A stretch of DNA of 64,000 bases from a virus (Duplodnaviria; Caudoviricetes). A program made the position numbers and the translations under genes. The stretch lies in the IMG/VR virus record IMGVR_UViG_3300033121_002354, positions 1-64,000 of that record; one strand, 5' to 3'. How positions within the stretch are numbered: position 1 is the stretch's first letter; each line of letters starts with the position of its first letter. The notes beneath the pieces were generated by a model. It made no database searches, had not been told where the DNA came from, and saw only the letters and a program-made list of their open reading frames with translations. Positions 14,389-24,549 of this stretch are shown piece by piece.

Positions 14389-14991
14389 TTATTTCTCTAT
14401 TGGTTTAAACACTGGCCACAGGTCAATTGGAGCAAATGCGGATTCTTCTTTGTACGAAGAAATGTGTTGTATACACAACTTTATCGCCAGAAGGAAATTT
14501 TTGGACCCAATTATTTCTGGAAGGGCTTTGACGATATTCCCGACCACCACTGTATTAAACAGTATGTTTGGGTGATCAAATTTTACATTCTGCTCGAATA
14601 ATTTGTGGAATACTGGCATAGTTTTGTTTTCAAACATAACATAACCATTTTTTGTTATTTTGATAAGAAAATTTCCCAAAAAGTATGTAGTATCCTTATG
14701 TTTTATTTTTATAGGGGCGGTTGTTACGGTGATATACGATGCTGTCAGTTCTATATTTTGAATTTTTGGATCTTTTTTGAGTTCTTTTAATTGTCTCTTT
14801 ATGTCTTCGGCTGTAGGATTCTTTGACAGTTTATCGAACCAGTATACGCTATTATGTTGTAATCCTGACAGTTTTGATACTGCGTCGGCTAATTTCTGAT
14901 AATTATCCTTTGAGTTTCTTTGGCATAATTGAACAAATTTAATTTTTAAATCTTTTTTAACTTGTTTGCTTAGCTTGACCATGCTGTCCAA
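14389..14991 (-). CDS. Paralog of the E2-like protein, lacking the Cys
   Basis: ITVTT...LGNFLIKI...ENKT...DHPNILFNTVVVGNI aligns with the neighbour. Confidence 0.55.
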   Translation of the reverse strand: MDSMVKLSKQVKKDLKIKFVQLCQRNSKDNYQKLADAVSKLSGLQHNSVYWFDKLSKNPTAEDIKRQLKELKKDPKIQNIELTASYITVTTAPIKIKHKDTTYFLGNFLIKITKNGYVMFENKTMPVFHKLFEQNVKFDHPNILFNTVVVGNIVKALPEIIGSKNFLLAIKLCIQHISSYKEESAFAPIDLWPVFKPIEK

Positions 14992-15027
14992 TCCTTTTTT
15001 TTAACAACTGGGACTGTATAATGTCAT

Positions 15028-15717
15028 GTGGAAATTATCGACCTTTTTACGCCAGAAAACATTGAATCTGTTTCTGACATTACCTTTTCAGAAATAGAAC
15101 CTCTTTATTGGTCTCTTGAAGATTCCATGTACGATAACAAGTTTAAAACTGCAAAGAGTATATTTAATATGCTTTGTTGTATTAGCAAACATAAAAAAGC
15201 TTTACTTTTCAGCGTGTTGTCCGCTGACAAAATAAAGAGGATTAAACAGATAGGGTGCGAAATTTACTCTGGGCAGTCGCTAGTCGAACAAAATTTCGTT
15301 GAAATTAAACTGCCTACTTCATCCAAAGAATTGCTGTTTAAAAAAGAGGCAGAGCTGAGAGATTACATTTATAATAATCCAGAGGTTTTGTTTGATATAG
15401 ACAAAAAAATAACCAAAGTCAGAAAAGAAGTCAAGGTTGAAGGGGGTTATTCCTGCGATTTGACTGCAGAATCCGATATTTTTTATGCAATTGAATTAAA
15501 ATTAAAACAGAGCACTCATAGCGTAGTTTCTCAGATAGATAAATATTGCTTTTATTTCTATCGCACTCTAAGATATGATCATTACAAAAGGGTGCAAGGG
15601 GTAACTATAGCCAACGGTTATGACGTTTGGAGTATAAACGAGTTAAGAAGAAATGGCATATTAGTATATGACGTTATTCAAACTGATAGTGGAATTAAAT
15701 TACAAAGCTTTAATTAA
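15028..15717 (+). CDS. NucS/EndoMS-like PD-(D/E)XK endonuclease
   Basis: EAELRDYIYNNPE...KEV...CDLTA...AIELK...VVSQIDKY. Confidence 0.7.
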   Translation: MEIIDLFTPENIESVSDITFSEIEPLYWSLEDSMYDNKFKTAKSIFNMLCCISKHKKALLFSVLSADKIKRIKQIGCEIYSGQSLVEQNFVEIKLPTSSKELLFKKEAELRDYIYNNPEVLFDIDKKITKVRKEVKVEGGYSCDLTAESDIFYAIELKLKQSTHSVVSQIDKYCFYFYRTLRYDHYKRVQGVTIANGYDVWSINELRRNGILVYDVIQTDSGIKLQSFN

Positions 15718-15725
15718 AGGAGAAG

Positions 15726-16004
15726 TTGGTGAGGAAACCTAGTTTTCGTTCCATGTTTTTATTTGTATCTACCATCGTATTAATGCTTACGACGGCAGCA
15801 GTTATAGGTTATAATTTTTATAATGTTGTAGAAAATGATTTATTTGAAGACGTAAAAACTACGGCTGATATTCATCAAATAATCAGGGTTTGGGGATTTA
15901 ATATTTGCATATGCATTTTAGTATCCGGTATTTGTATTATTGGGTGGTTGTCCAAAATGACAAAATGCCTGTATGCAATTAAAGGACGCCTAGAAAAAAC
16001 GTAG
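15726..16004 (+). CDS. Small membrane protein (2 TM)
   Basis: Two hydrophobic segments; AAGGAG RBS. Confidence 0.6.
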   Translation: MVRKPSFRSMFLFVSTIVLMLTTAAVIGYNFYNVVENDLFEDVKTTADIHQIIRVWGFNICICILVSGICIIGWLSKMTKCLYAIKGRLEKT

Positions 16005-16020
16005 TATTGTATAATCTATT

Positions 16021-16266
16021 GTGAAGTTAGTATTTATTATTTTTTTACAACTTGGGACTTTCATACCAGACAGCCAACCATGTTATGAAATTCCAACTGT
16101 TCCGCTGACCACTCAACCATCAACGGTAGAGGTGGACTTAATTGACTTATTGCGAGCTATGAATGCTCGTATGTTGGAAATGAGAATACGTATATATGAA
16201 TTACAAAGGCAATTAGATTTTTCTCATAATCCGGTAATGAAAACAAACAACTCTATACAAATTTAA
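16021..16266 (+). CDS. Hypothetical protein
   Basis: GTATAAT-N5-GTG; hydrophobic N-terminus. Confidence 0.55.
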   Translation: MKLVFIIFLQLGTFIPDSQPCYEIPTVPLTTQPSTVEVDLIDLLRAMNARMLEMRIRIYELQRQLDFSHNPVMKTNNSIQI

Positions 16267-16276
16267 GGAAAATGAA

Positions 16277-16504
16277 ATGGCAAAAAAGATACAATCTATT
16301 TATCAGCAAGAATTTAAAGCTCCCAAGACATCAGAAAATTTTACCAAATTAGCTTACAATGATTATGTAATAACTTTCAACAAAGAAACTAACAGATATG
16401 TACTAAAGAAATCTGATGCTTTTATTATATCTGATGGTGGCGTTGACAACATTAAGAATTTTTGCCAGCAATGCTGGTCTATTCCTGTAACTGTTTGGAG
16501 TTAA
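16277..16504 (+). CDS. Hypothetical protein
   Basis: 75 aa, AAGGA RBS. Confidence 0.55.
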   Translation: MAKKIQSIYQQEFKAPKTSENFTKLAYNDYVITFNKETNRYVLKKSDAFIISDGGVDNIKNFCQQCWSIPVTVWS

Positions 16505-17508
16505 TGTTTGGAAACAAACCTCAGCCATTGAGTAGTTGATTGGTCGTTGTGTTTGTTTAGTCCGTGTTTGTTTAACCATTGAATATTATATTTCTTCCAT
16601 TTCCAGGCGAATTTAAGAGCATCAGCAATATCTTCTGAAGAGTTTGGATCTGCTATATAAAAATTGCTCATCCATGTTATATCTGGTGAACCAATTATTG
16701 GAATGTCATTTACAACAAAATCTGCAGCTACTATATTAAAGCTTTCTGAATAACTTACTTGCAGTCCTAAATCCATTTGTCTTACTAGTTCTATGAAATA
16801 TTTATGGTCTTGCCATTGATGCTGTATAAGCTCGTGTCCATTTATTGGAAATGTAGCCAATATATTTTTAAATACTTCTTCTCCACGTTCTATTCTCGTA
16901 GCATTTATATGATAACGCAGTTTTTTGCCAATTTTATTAGCAAATTGAATAGCTGCAAATGCTTGAATTAATTGATTCTTGAGGGGGCGAATTGCACCGA
17001 AACAGCCAACATCAACATATTTTCTGTTGGGATTTTTCTTTGTTTTTTTACCATCATAACAAACATTGTATATATTGGGCAAGTATGCCGTTTTAATATT
17101 CAATGTTTTTTGGAGATCATTAACAAAAGGTATTGAATTAGCTGCCAATATTATTCTTGAATCTAGCTCTTGATATTTTCTAATCCAATCTATTGCAATT
17201 CCTTCTGTCGAAATAAAGGGGGTTTTACTATGAATTCTTACAATCCATTTAACCTTCGGATGTAACTTAGTTAAGATTCTAAATTTTTCTGGAATAACCC
17301 ACAATGCTTCTATAACTACGTGGGTTGGCTTGAAATCGAATACTTCTTTATCTATACAGTTATTATCAACTACACTTACCACTTTGGCTTCAATGCCGTG
17401 TTCTTTCAATTCTTTTGCAACAAACACTGCAGAGTTGAATAGTCCTATGGAATTTCCATAGCTGTTGATTCTCTTTTTAGATATAAAAAGTACTTTAGTT
17501 TTACACAT
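16501..17508 (-). CDS. GT-B (family 4-like) glycosyltransferase
   Basis: GAIRPLKNQ and DLGLQVSYSESFNIVAADF motifs. Confidence 0.7.
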   Translation of the reverse strand: MCKTKVLFISKKRINSYGNSIGLFNSAVFVAKELKEHGIEAKVVSVVDNNCIDKEVFDFKPTHVVIEALWVIPEKFRILTKLHPKVKWIVRIHSKTPFISTEGIAIDWIRKYQELDSRIILAANSIPFVNDLQKTLNIKTAYLPNIYNVCYDGKKTKKNPNRKYVDVGCFGAIRPLKNQLIQAFAAIQFANKIGKKLRYHINATRIERGEEVFKNILATFPINGHELIQHQWQDHKYFIELVRQMDLGLQVSYSESFNIVAADFVVNDIPIIGSPDITWMSNFYIADPNSSEDIADALKFAWKWKKYNIQWLNKHGLNKHNDQSTTQWLRFVSKH

Positions 17509-17816
17509 ACCATTGATCTACTCCTTTAAATAAGGATTTCTTTGTGGATTGGTGTTTTTTATTAAAAAACCGCTTTATTTATCTAAAAAATCAGCATAGT
17601 TCATGTATAATTGTTCGTTAAGAACGCAATAAAAATTTACTTTAAAAAAGGGAGTACAAATGTTTGTAGAATTTATGACACCAATAAAACAACACAAAAT
17701 AACCATCAACGCAGAGAGTATTTCTGCGTTTTGGGTGGATGAGTTGGGAACAGCAATAAGTATTGCTGGCAGGATTGTTATCGTGCAAGAGAATTACGAG
17801 GAGGTTCGAGAGAAAC

Positions 17817-18086
17817 TTAAATCTTTTCAATAGGGTCGAGTTCTTTAGACTCTACGGTTGTTGCCTCTCTTTTCATGCTAGTTCTTTTCTTTAGCTGCTT
17901 TCTAAGACTGGAAACTTCTACATACAGCCATAAATCGCTCAACAACAGAAAGATAATAAACAGTCTATTGATCATGAAATCTGAATTCATTTTCAAAACT
18001 ACGCAAACAGTTACTGCTATTGTAAATGCTTCAATAACTCGCTGAATCTTCGACATGTTGGCTCCTTGGAACAAAAAAGAAAACAT
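17817..18086 (-). CDS. Small membrane protein
   Basis: Two hydrophobic segments; likely start at the internal MSKIQ after AAGGAG. Confidence 0.5.
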   Translation of the reverse strand: MFSFLFQGANMSKIQRVIEAFTIAVTVCVVLKMNSDFMINRLFIIFLLLSDLWLYVEVSSLRKQLKKRTSMKREATTVESKELDPIEKI

Positions 18087-18330
18087 TGTTCATTCAAGTT
18101 TTTTCGTTTTAGGTAACTATTCCATTTGACCTTTTATCAGTTTTGTTTTATATTTTGATAGCTAATCAGTCTCCCCTTGCTGGGGAGTAAAAATACGCTT
18201 CTTTCCTCCTCCGCAACTGCCTGTTGGTCATAACAATGATCAACAGGCATTGTTGTTCATTGTCCTCCCAGTAGTATTTGAACAGCCTTTTGTCAAAGGA
18301 AACTGGTTTAAAAAGAAGAAAAACAAAACA

Positions 18331-19962
18331 ATGTGGACTTACAAAGTATCTGCAAATGCTCCAAACAACCCAGATGTAAGGGATTTGTACAGAGATCCCA
18401 ATAAGCTAGAACAATGGAAGAAGCAAAACGCAGAAAAGTCTAAGTTTTTTGTTACTCCACTAGTTGACAACATTTTTAAAGTTCATAGACCTGGCAAATT
18501 AACAAGTCCACGCGGGTATGTTGATCCCAACAAAATCAAAGAATATTCTGTTTTAGCTAAAAATTTTGGCGTAACAGATGCATTCGTCCTACTTCCTGAT
18601 GCCGATATGGACGAGTATTATGGATACTATGCTTCCGGTACAAAGGCAATAAAAAAAGGGAGTGGCAAGGAAGTCCTTTTTACCATTTATCAAAGAAATG
18701 GTATAACTCCCCACCATTATCCAATTCCTGATTACGGAATCCCTAATCTAAAAACTGTTGCTGTTTGCTGCAAAGATTTAGACGAAACAAGTAAGAAGGC
18801 AAAAGAAAACAATTCTAAAGTAATTGTCCATTGCTCTGCTGGAATTGGCAGAACTGGATTAATTACAAGCTGTTATTTGGTTTATACAGACAGACTCAAC
18901 ATTGACCAAATAATTCAATATGAAAGAGCAAATAGTCCAGAAGATTTTGCAAATCTAAACAGCATGCAAAAGCTGATAAAGTATGATACTAACAGCCAAT
19001 TTGATTTAATTTGCAGGTTTGCTGGAATAAAGAAGAAGCTTGGTGCTGTTGATTTGGCGAGCGAAGAAGGTTTAGCATACTTAGAAAAAGAAGATCAACT
19101 TTTTACAGAAAAACAGAAACAGAAGAAACCAGTTTTGCCGTCATTCAACCACTCAATGGTCCCTACTGACGATGGTTATGACAGCAGCGAATGGGATATG
19201 ATTGAAGTTGCTCCCGGAGTTTGGAAGACTGTCAACAAAAGTTATGATGTAGGCAACGATGATTCTGGACAAACTGATTATGAGGCATTTTTTGATTCTT
19301 TGCCAGTAGGTGGTCAAAAAGCAAAAGCAAAAGGGAAAGGGAAATCCAAACAGTTTGAGTCAACAATAAAAATTACTAATGTTGAGGGAAATCTTTACCG
19401 ATCTTCCAGACCTGGATATCCCTCAAATAATGTCCCCAAAGAAAAAGCGATGGCAGACATTGAACAGATGAAGAAGCAAGGCATTACGGATGTAGTCTGT
19501 TTGTTAAGCAGCGAAGATATGAGTCGTTATTATGGAGACAATGTTCTTCCTCAGCTTTACATGAAGAATGGAATCAATTTTCATAATTTCCCAATTAAGG
19601 ATTTTGGCACGCCAAGTGTGGATGATGCTACAAGAACTTGTAGAACCATTGATAAACTTGTAAAGTCTGGCAAGAAGACATTAGTCCACTGTTCTGCTGG
19701 AATTGGCAGAACTGGATTGGTGATTTCTTGTTATCTTCTTTATTCTGGACTGGTTAAGCCAGACGATAATACCAAGAATAATCCGCTTGCTGCCCATGTA
19801 AGAGCCGAAACAAGCCAACAGGAACGATTTATTTCTGATTTTGCTGACTTAATAGACCAATCATCAGAACCGGCTCCGGTACAGCCAAATGTGCAGTCAG
19901 AGCCTCAAGTTGAACCTCAGCAACAAATTACGGAGGATAACACTAAACCGCCAAATGAATAA
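18331..19962 (+). CDS. Tandem dual-specificity/tyrosine protein phosphatase
   Basis: Two VHCSAGIGRTG P-loops, each preceded by PIPDYG or PIKDFG; start revised to ATG 18331. Confidence 0.9.
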   Translation: MWTYKVSANAPNNPDVRDLYRDPNKLEQWKKQNAEKSKFFVTPLVDNIFKVHRPGKLTSPRGYVDPNKIKEYSVLAKNFGVTDAFVLLPDADMDEYYGYYASGTKAIKKGSGKEVLFTIYQRNGITPHHYPIPDYGIPNLKTVAVCCKDLDETSKKAKENNSKVIVHCSAGIGRTGLITSCYLVYTDRLNIDQIIQYERANSPEDFANLNSMQKLIKYDTNSQFDLICRFAGIKKKLGAVDLASEEGLAYLEKEDQLFTEKQKQKKPVLPSFNHSMVPTDDGYDSSEWDMIEVAPGVWKTVNKSYDVGNDDSGQTDYEAFFDSLPVGGQKAKAKGKGKSKQFESTIKITNVEGNLYRSSRPGYPSNNVPKEKAMADIEQMKKQGITDVVCLLSSEDMSRYYGDNVLPQLYMKNGINFHNFPIKDFGTPSVDDATRTCRTIDKLVKSGKKTLVHCSAGIGRTGLVISCYLLYSGLVKPDDNTKNNPLAAHVRAETSQQERFISDFADLIDQSSEPAPVQPNVQSEPQVEPQQQITEDNTKPPNE

Positions 19963-20239
19963 GACTTATAAAATACTGGTAACATTAATTACATTAACAT
20001 TTTCGTGTTGCAATAAATCTATTTATTATGGTCCAGCACAGTATTCTCCAGCAACAGTTGTTGCTGTCTCTGATCACTTTATTGCAGTCGATACTGGTTT
20101 TGCAAAAATGTACAGCGAACGTATAAGTGGCGACTTTGAGGTTGGTGACATTGTAGACGTAGACTTTAGACCAGCATTTTTAGAATGTGGAAATCAGTCA
20201 ATTCTTCTTACTCACGAAATACTTGATATCAACAAATGA
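19955..20239 (+). CDS. Putative lipoprotein/secreted protein
   Basis: MNKTYKILVTLITLTFSCC signal-like N-terminus. Confidence 0.5.
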   Translation: MNKTYKILVTLITLTFSCCNKSIYYGPAQYSPATVVAVSDHFIAVDTGFAKMYSERISGDFEVGDIVDVDFRPAFLECGNQSILLTHEILDINK

Positions 20240-20340
20240 GAAAATTAATAACGATAAAAATGTGGGAGCTTTATTTGATCATATTTATTTCATTTCTGAG
20301 TGGCTTTCTAGTTGCTATGATCATAATGTTGGGCAAGTAA

Positions 20341-20550
20341 TTAATACACATTTTCCTTATCAATAAATGCATCTATGGACCACGACTGAAAATCTGGTTC
20401 AATTACTATCCATTTATCTCCATTTGACATCTTAACTTCCGTACATTCCTTCCCGTGCAATTCTACCTTCTTAAATGAACAAATATGTCTCTGGTTTAGG
20501 ATAACCGTGTCGGTTTCATGTTCATTCACTATTATTTTAGCCACAACCAT
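20341..20550 (-). CDS. Hypothetical protein
   Basis: 69 aa, GAGGT RBS. Confidence 0.55.
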   Translation of the reverse strand: MVVAKIIVNEHETDTVILNQRHICSFKKVELHGKECTEVKMSNGDKWIVIEPDFQSWSIDAFIDKENVY

Positions 20551-20584
20551 TGCTTAAACCTCTATTTCATTGTATATTATTTAT

Positions 20585-20839
20585 ATGATATGCAATCAAT
20601 GTGTGCAAGAAGGAAAACGTAGTCAGGTTCGATATGTTGAAACTCGTTCGTCGTCGGCATACGATTTAGATTGTTACTATGACGAAGATGGCAAACAACA
20701 TTGGCATGACAACAGAAAGACTACAATAGAATATGTTTGCAGCAATGGTCACAAAATATTTAAATCCGATGAAAATTGGCCTTGTGAAGTTTGTGGATTT
20801 GAATGGAAGGACAAAGCACAACCAATCAAGGGGGAGTGA
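20585..20839 (+). CDS. Small Cys-rich protein
   Basis: CNQC...CSNGH...CEVCG. Confidence 0.55.
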   Translation: MICNQCVQEGKRSQVRYVETRSSSAYDLDCYYDEDGKQHWHDNRKTTIEYVCSNGHKIFKSDENWPCEVCGFEWKDKAQPIKGE

Positions 20840-20845
20840 TGAAAT

Positions 20846-21079
20846 ATGAATCTGTTTAGAGAATTAGAGCACAATATTTACCAACCTACAGAACTCAGCA
20901 GAAAAGAATTAAATCTCAAACAAAAACTAGATTCTTTACGAGTTAAGCAAAAGTCTATCAAGGACAAGATCGAGGCAGCAGAAAAAACCTGCGAACATAA
21001 AGTGTTTTATGATGAAAGAGGATTCATTCACGATTTGAGATACTGTGGAGTATGCGGTTTGTGCATAGAAATGATTTAG
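20846..21079 (+). CDS. Small coiled-coil/zinc-finger protein
   Basis: CEH...CGVCG. Confidence 0.55.
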   Translation: MNLFRELEHNIYQPTELSRKELNLKQKLDSLRVKQKSIKDKIEAAEKTCEHKVFYDERGFIHDLRYCGVCGLCIEMI

Positions 21080-21093
21080 TATGAGAGGACGAA

Positions 21094-21414
21094 ATGAAAA
21101 AGAAATACATGAGAGCAGATGATTTCTTTCCAAATCCTCAGAAAACCACAATAATTGAGGATGTTAGAAAGACAATTCAAGAAGATAAAGAACGTGGCTG
21201 CGATGCACGGAATCTGATGTCACTCACGACTGATGAACAAAATGTTATGAATTCAATTGTAGATGCTTGGCATGGATACATCCGCCTTGAGTCTCAACAT
21301 CCAGATGACATTCACGAATTTAGGCATGCAATACATAGGTTACAGCATTTGTTAATGATCCGTCATATACGGAGAGAGTTTCCAGATACGTATCCAAGCT
21401 ACCCAAATGGATAA
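21094..21414 (+). CDS. Hypothetical protein
   Basis: 106 aa, GAGGA RBS. Confidence 0.6.
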   Translation: MKKKYMRADDFFPNPQKTTIIEDVRKTIQEDKERGCDARNLMSLTTDEQNVMNSIVDAWHGYIRLESQHPDDIHEFRHAIHRLQHLLMIRHIRREFPDTYPSYPNG

Positions 21415-21667
21415 GGACAAAATGGCAAAACAAAAGAAAAAGATTACTACAAAAATCATAAAAATAGATGAAGAATTGTGTCCTTCTCAGGAAATTTTGA
21501 TTAACGGAATACCAGCAGACCTATGGTATATCGAGGGTGAAGACGAGCCTACTGTAGAGTTGACATCCTTCTTTCATTTTCGACTTTCTGAAATTAAAGA
21601 ACTGGTGGAAGTAATGACTAAATTCGACAAAGATTCAAGAAAAGCACTGGATAAAGCAATGAAATAG
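21407..21667 (+). CDS. Hypothetical protein
   Basis: 86 aa, overlaps upstream stop. Confidence 0.55.
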   Translation: MDKDKMAKQKKKITTKIIKIDEELCPSQEILINGIPADLWYIEGEDEPTVELTSFFHFRLSEIKELVEVMTKFDKDSRKALDKAMK

Positions 21668-21822
21668 GGAGACAACATGAAAGTGTTTGTTGTAAGTTTG
21701 TTAGCAAGCTTTGTCTTGACTTGTCCGTGGTTGCATCCTGCTGCATGGATTGTATATTGCGGAATGGGTCTTTTTATAGTTGGATACTTTGGTATTCTGA
21801 TGAGATCGGTGACGGGGCATAA

Positions 21823-22098
21823 TTGAATATGAAATTCAGAACTATTCAAGAAATAAAAGTAGATCTTATAAACGCTAGACACCAATACGATGTTTTGCAA
21901 CGTGAACTACAAGAATTACAAGCTGCTTGCAAACACGATGCACCAAAAACTGTAAAAACACACATGTCAGCAGGTTATATAGAAAAATTCTCAACCTGTC
22001 CATTGTGTGATACTGTATTTAACGTCCCGTGTTGTCACGAATGTGGCAAAGAAGTTGATTCTGGAAACGTATGTAATGATCATAAGGGGTTTGATTGA
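21823..22098 (+). CDS. Small coiled-coil/zinc-finger protein
   Basis: CKH...CPLC...CHECG. Confidence 0.55.
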   Translation: MNMKFRTIQEIKVDLINARHQYDVLQRELQELQAACKHDAPKTVKTHMSAGYIEKFSTCPLCDTVFNVPCCHECGKEVDSGNVCNDHKGFD

Positions 22099-22628
22099 TG
22101 AATCGTAGAGAACTTATTAAGGCTGGATTTGGATTGGCAGTTTTAGGCACCAAATCTCTTTTTGCTGCTAACATCGACAAAACTAGCATTCCAGTTTTTA
22201 ATCCGACATATCCTTTAGACACTACAATTCCAAAACACTTAGGACATGGAGATGTATTATTCGTACAATTTTTGTCTACCAAACCCTGGAAAATGGTTAA
22301 CAACTCTTTAAAAGATTATTATTGGCATGGAGCATATCCACTTTATTGTGGCTCTAATAATATTGTGTGTGGCAAAATTTATTTAACTCCAAGTGAAACA
22401 GGGCATTATCGTGGGTGTGCATGGATAGATGCCGTTGAACGTCCAATGCTTTGCAAAGGAATACAAGATGGATATGTGACTTTTATTTCAATTGAAAAAG
22501 ATGCAGCTATCTTTACTACATCTGAAAGTTTTTCTTCTATTTGCATGAAGACCATTCCAGACACATGTCGTATCGGCCCAGTAAGACCAGAAGTAGCAAG
22601 AAAAAAGCAAAAACAACATGAAAATTGA
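22095..22628 (+). CDS. Protein with Tat-like signal peptide
   Basis: MNRRELIKAGFGLAVLGTKSLFAA. Confidence 0.65.
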   Translation: MMNRRELIKAGFGLAVLGTKSLFAANIDKTSIPVFNPTYPLDTTIPKHLGHGDVLFVQFLSTKPWKMVNNSLKDYYWHGAYPLYCGSNNIVCGKIYLTPSETGHYRGCAWIDAVERPMLCKGIQDGYVTFISIEKDAAIFTTSESFSSICMKTIPDTCRIGPVRPEVARKKQKQHEN

Positions 22629-22833
22629 TATTAATGAAGTTAAAAATATCCAAAAAAGAATGGATGAGATAAATTCTGTCCCAATAGAACACATCCAGTG
22701 GATGGATGGTGATAAAGAAATTATTGTATCCAGTGAACACATTAAAGAATGGAAGTTTATCGGTCTAGACAATATGTCTTTTATATCTACTGGATTTTTA
22801 GAGGAAAGAAATGACAATAGAGAAACTGATTGA
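22618..22833 (+). CDS. Hypothetical protein
   Basis: 71 aa in coupled run. Confidence 0.5.
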   Translation: MKIDINEVKNIQKRMDEINSVPIEHIQWMDGDKEIIVSSEHIKEWKFIGLDNMSFISTGFLEERNDNRETD

Positions 22834-22999
22834 TATATTAAAGAAATACCCAACAGATTCCGATGTTTATTGTGGTAATGGTGAGTGGTTGGAAATTTTT
22901 CCATCCGAAAATAAAGATATAGCCTGCCTAAACTTATGGACAGAAGAAATAAGAATTCAAACTAATTCAGTTCTTAGACGTGATCCAGAACAAAAATGA
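22811..22999 (+). CDS. Hypothetical protein
   Basis: MTIEKLIDILKKYP, a common phage small-protein start; GAGGA RBS. Confidence 0.55.
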   Translation: MTIEKLIDILKKYPTDSDVYCGNGEWLEIFPSENKDIACLNLWTEEIRIQTNSVLRRDPEQK

Positions 23000-23107
23000 A
23001 CAAGGATTCTATCTACGGCTCGATATGTTTACTTTTAATAGGCTTTTGCTCTATTTTAATAGTTGTTGGTTTTTGGCAGATAGTAATTTCTATTATATTA
23101 TTAAAAT

Positions 23108-23839
23108 GTGAGTAAAGTACTATGCATATCCATGACGTATGACAGCAGACTCACTACCCTCCCATTGATTATATCTAATATGCGTCAACAGTCTATATAT
23201 GCAGACTTGTGCATATGGAGCAATTGTACCAAAAATCTTCATCTAGATAATGACATTCTGCTTTTTAAAGGAAATAACCAATGCGGACTAATGCAAAGAT
23301 TTTTGCCCGCTTTAGTCTCAAATCATGAATATGTGATGTATAGAGATGATGATTTGCTTGTGGGTACTAAATTCCTAGAAAATGCCATATCCGAAATAGA
23401 AAAAGATTACAAAATAATAGTTTCCGCAAGTGGCTCTATAATTCCACATCCAATATCACAAGAATCAGTGCAGAACAGGATAGAAATATTAGGGTACAGA
23501 ATACACAACAAAGATAACATTCAGGTAGATATTATCAATTCTGGATGTTTTGTTTGCCACAGAAAGATGCTTGAAAAAATATTCTGTTTGTCTACTCCTG
23601 TACTTTTTAATTGTGTGGACATAGTTTTATCTGTTGCACATTCCATGCTCAACATGGGTACTCTTATAGTTCCAAAACACAATAGTCCAGATGACGGAAT
23701 TTTAGAATATCTAGAAACACACAATAGCGGAGTAAATTCCAAACCTGTGTTTGCTCAAGAAAGGTCTGAAATGATTTTAAATCTTATAAGACAGGGATGG
23801 AAACCTGATTCGTGGCTTAATTACAGGGGGACAAAATGA
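23108..23839 (+). CDS. GT-A fold glycosyltransferase
   Basis: EYVMYRDDDLL (DxD) and QVDIINSG motifs. Confidence 0.65.
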   Translation: MSKVLCISMTYDSRLTTLPLIISNMRQQSIYADLCIWSNCTKNLHLDNDILLFKGNNQCGLMQRFLPALVSNHEYVMYRDDDLLVGTKFLENAISEIEKDYKIIVSASGSIIPHPISQESVQNRIEILGYRIHNKDNIQVDIINSGCFVCHRKMLEKIFCLSTPVLFNCVDIVLSVAHSMLNMGTLIVPKHNSPDDGILEYLETHNSGVNSKPVFAQERSEMILNLIRQGWKPDSWLNYRGTK

Positions 23840-24549
23840 TTGAAAAGTATATATTTTTGCCAGGACTTTCACGCTGTGGAACAACATTTATTTCTAACTG
23901 GATGCTCAAAAATTCACAGGTAGCATTAATTCCCGAGAGTTATCTAATTCCGAAGATGCACAGATTAGTAAATCCACAGTTTTACCCCAAAGAAGATAGA
24001 TCTCAAACCAAAATAACATACAAAAACGCTAGAGCACTTACAGATTCTGTTTACAACGATCTTGCTGGTGATAAAACCATCATCTTAGACAAGAGTCCGG
24101 GCAATTTAAAGATAGCTTGGGATTCAAGAAATATAAAGATAACCGATGTTATTAAGTGTATATATCCCGAAGCACTTAGCATGGTTATTTATAAAGATGG
24201 CAAGGATTTTGTATATTCATATCTAAACCTTCCTTGGGCCGGATCGATACTGACAACTGAACAAATAATTGATATTTGGGTTAAAAGTGTAAAAACAATT
24301 ATGGATGGACTTGGAGAAACACTGATAATTCGCTACGAAGATATACTTGAGAATCCAGACAGAATCAAAAATTCTATTTGCTCATTTTTGGGTATAGAAT
24401 TACCACCTTTAGACCCTTGGGTAAACCCAATTAATACAAAACATAGCGTGTATAATAAAGAACGGTGGAAAACTCTTGATTCTCACGTTTTAAAAACAAT
24501 GAAAATCATGAATCCTTTTTTAGAAAAAATGGGATATGAAACCATATGA
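23836..24549 (+). CDS. Sulfotransferase
   Basis: 5'-PSB GLSRCGTT; DKSP; YKDGKDFVYS; IRYEDI. Confidence 0.8.
   Translation: MIEKYIFLPGLSRCGTTFISNWMLKNSQVALIPESYLIPKMHRLVNPQFYPKEDRSQTKITYKNARALTDSVYNDLAGDKTIILDKSPGNLKIAWDSRNIKITDVIKCIYPEALSMVIYKDGKDFVYSYLNLPWAGSILTTEQIIDIWVKSVKTIMDGLGETLIIRYEDILENPDRIKNSICSFLGIELPPLDPWVNPINTKHSVYNKERWKTLDSHVLKTMKIMNPFLEKMGYETI

Noticed and set aside
14033-14790. Plus-strand ORFs 14033, 14356 and 14605
   Set aside because: They lie antisense to the better supported E2-like gene pair.
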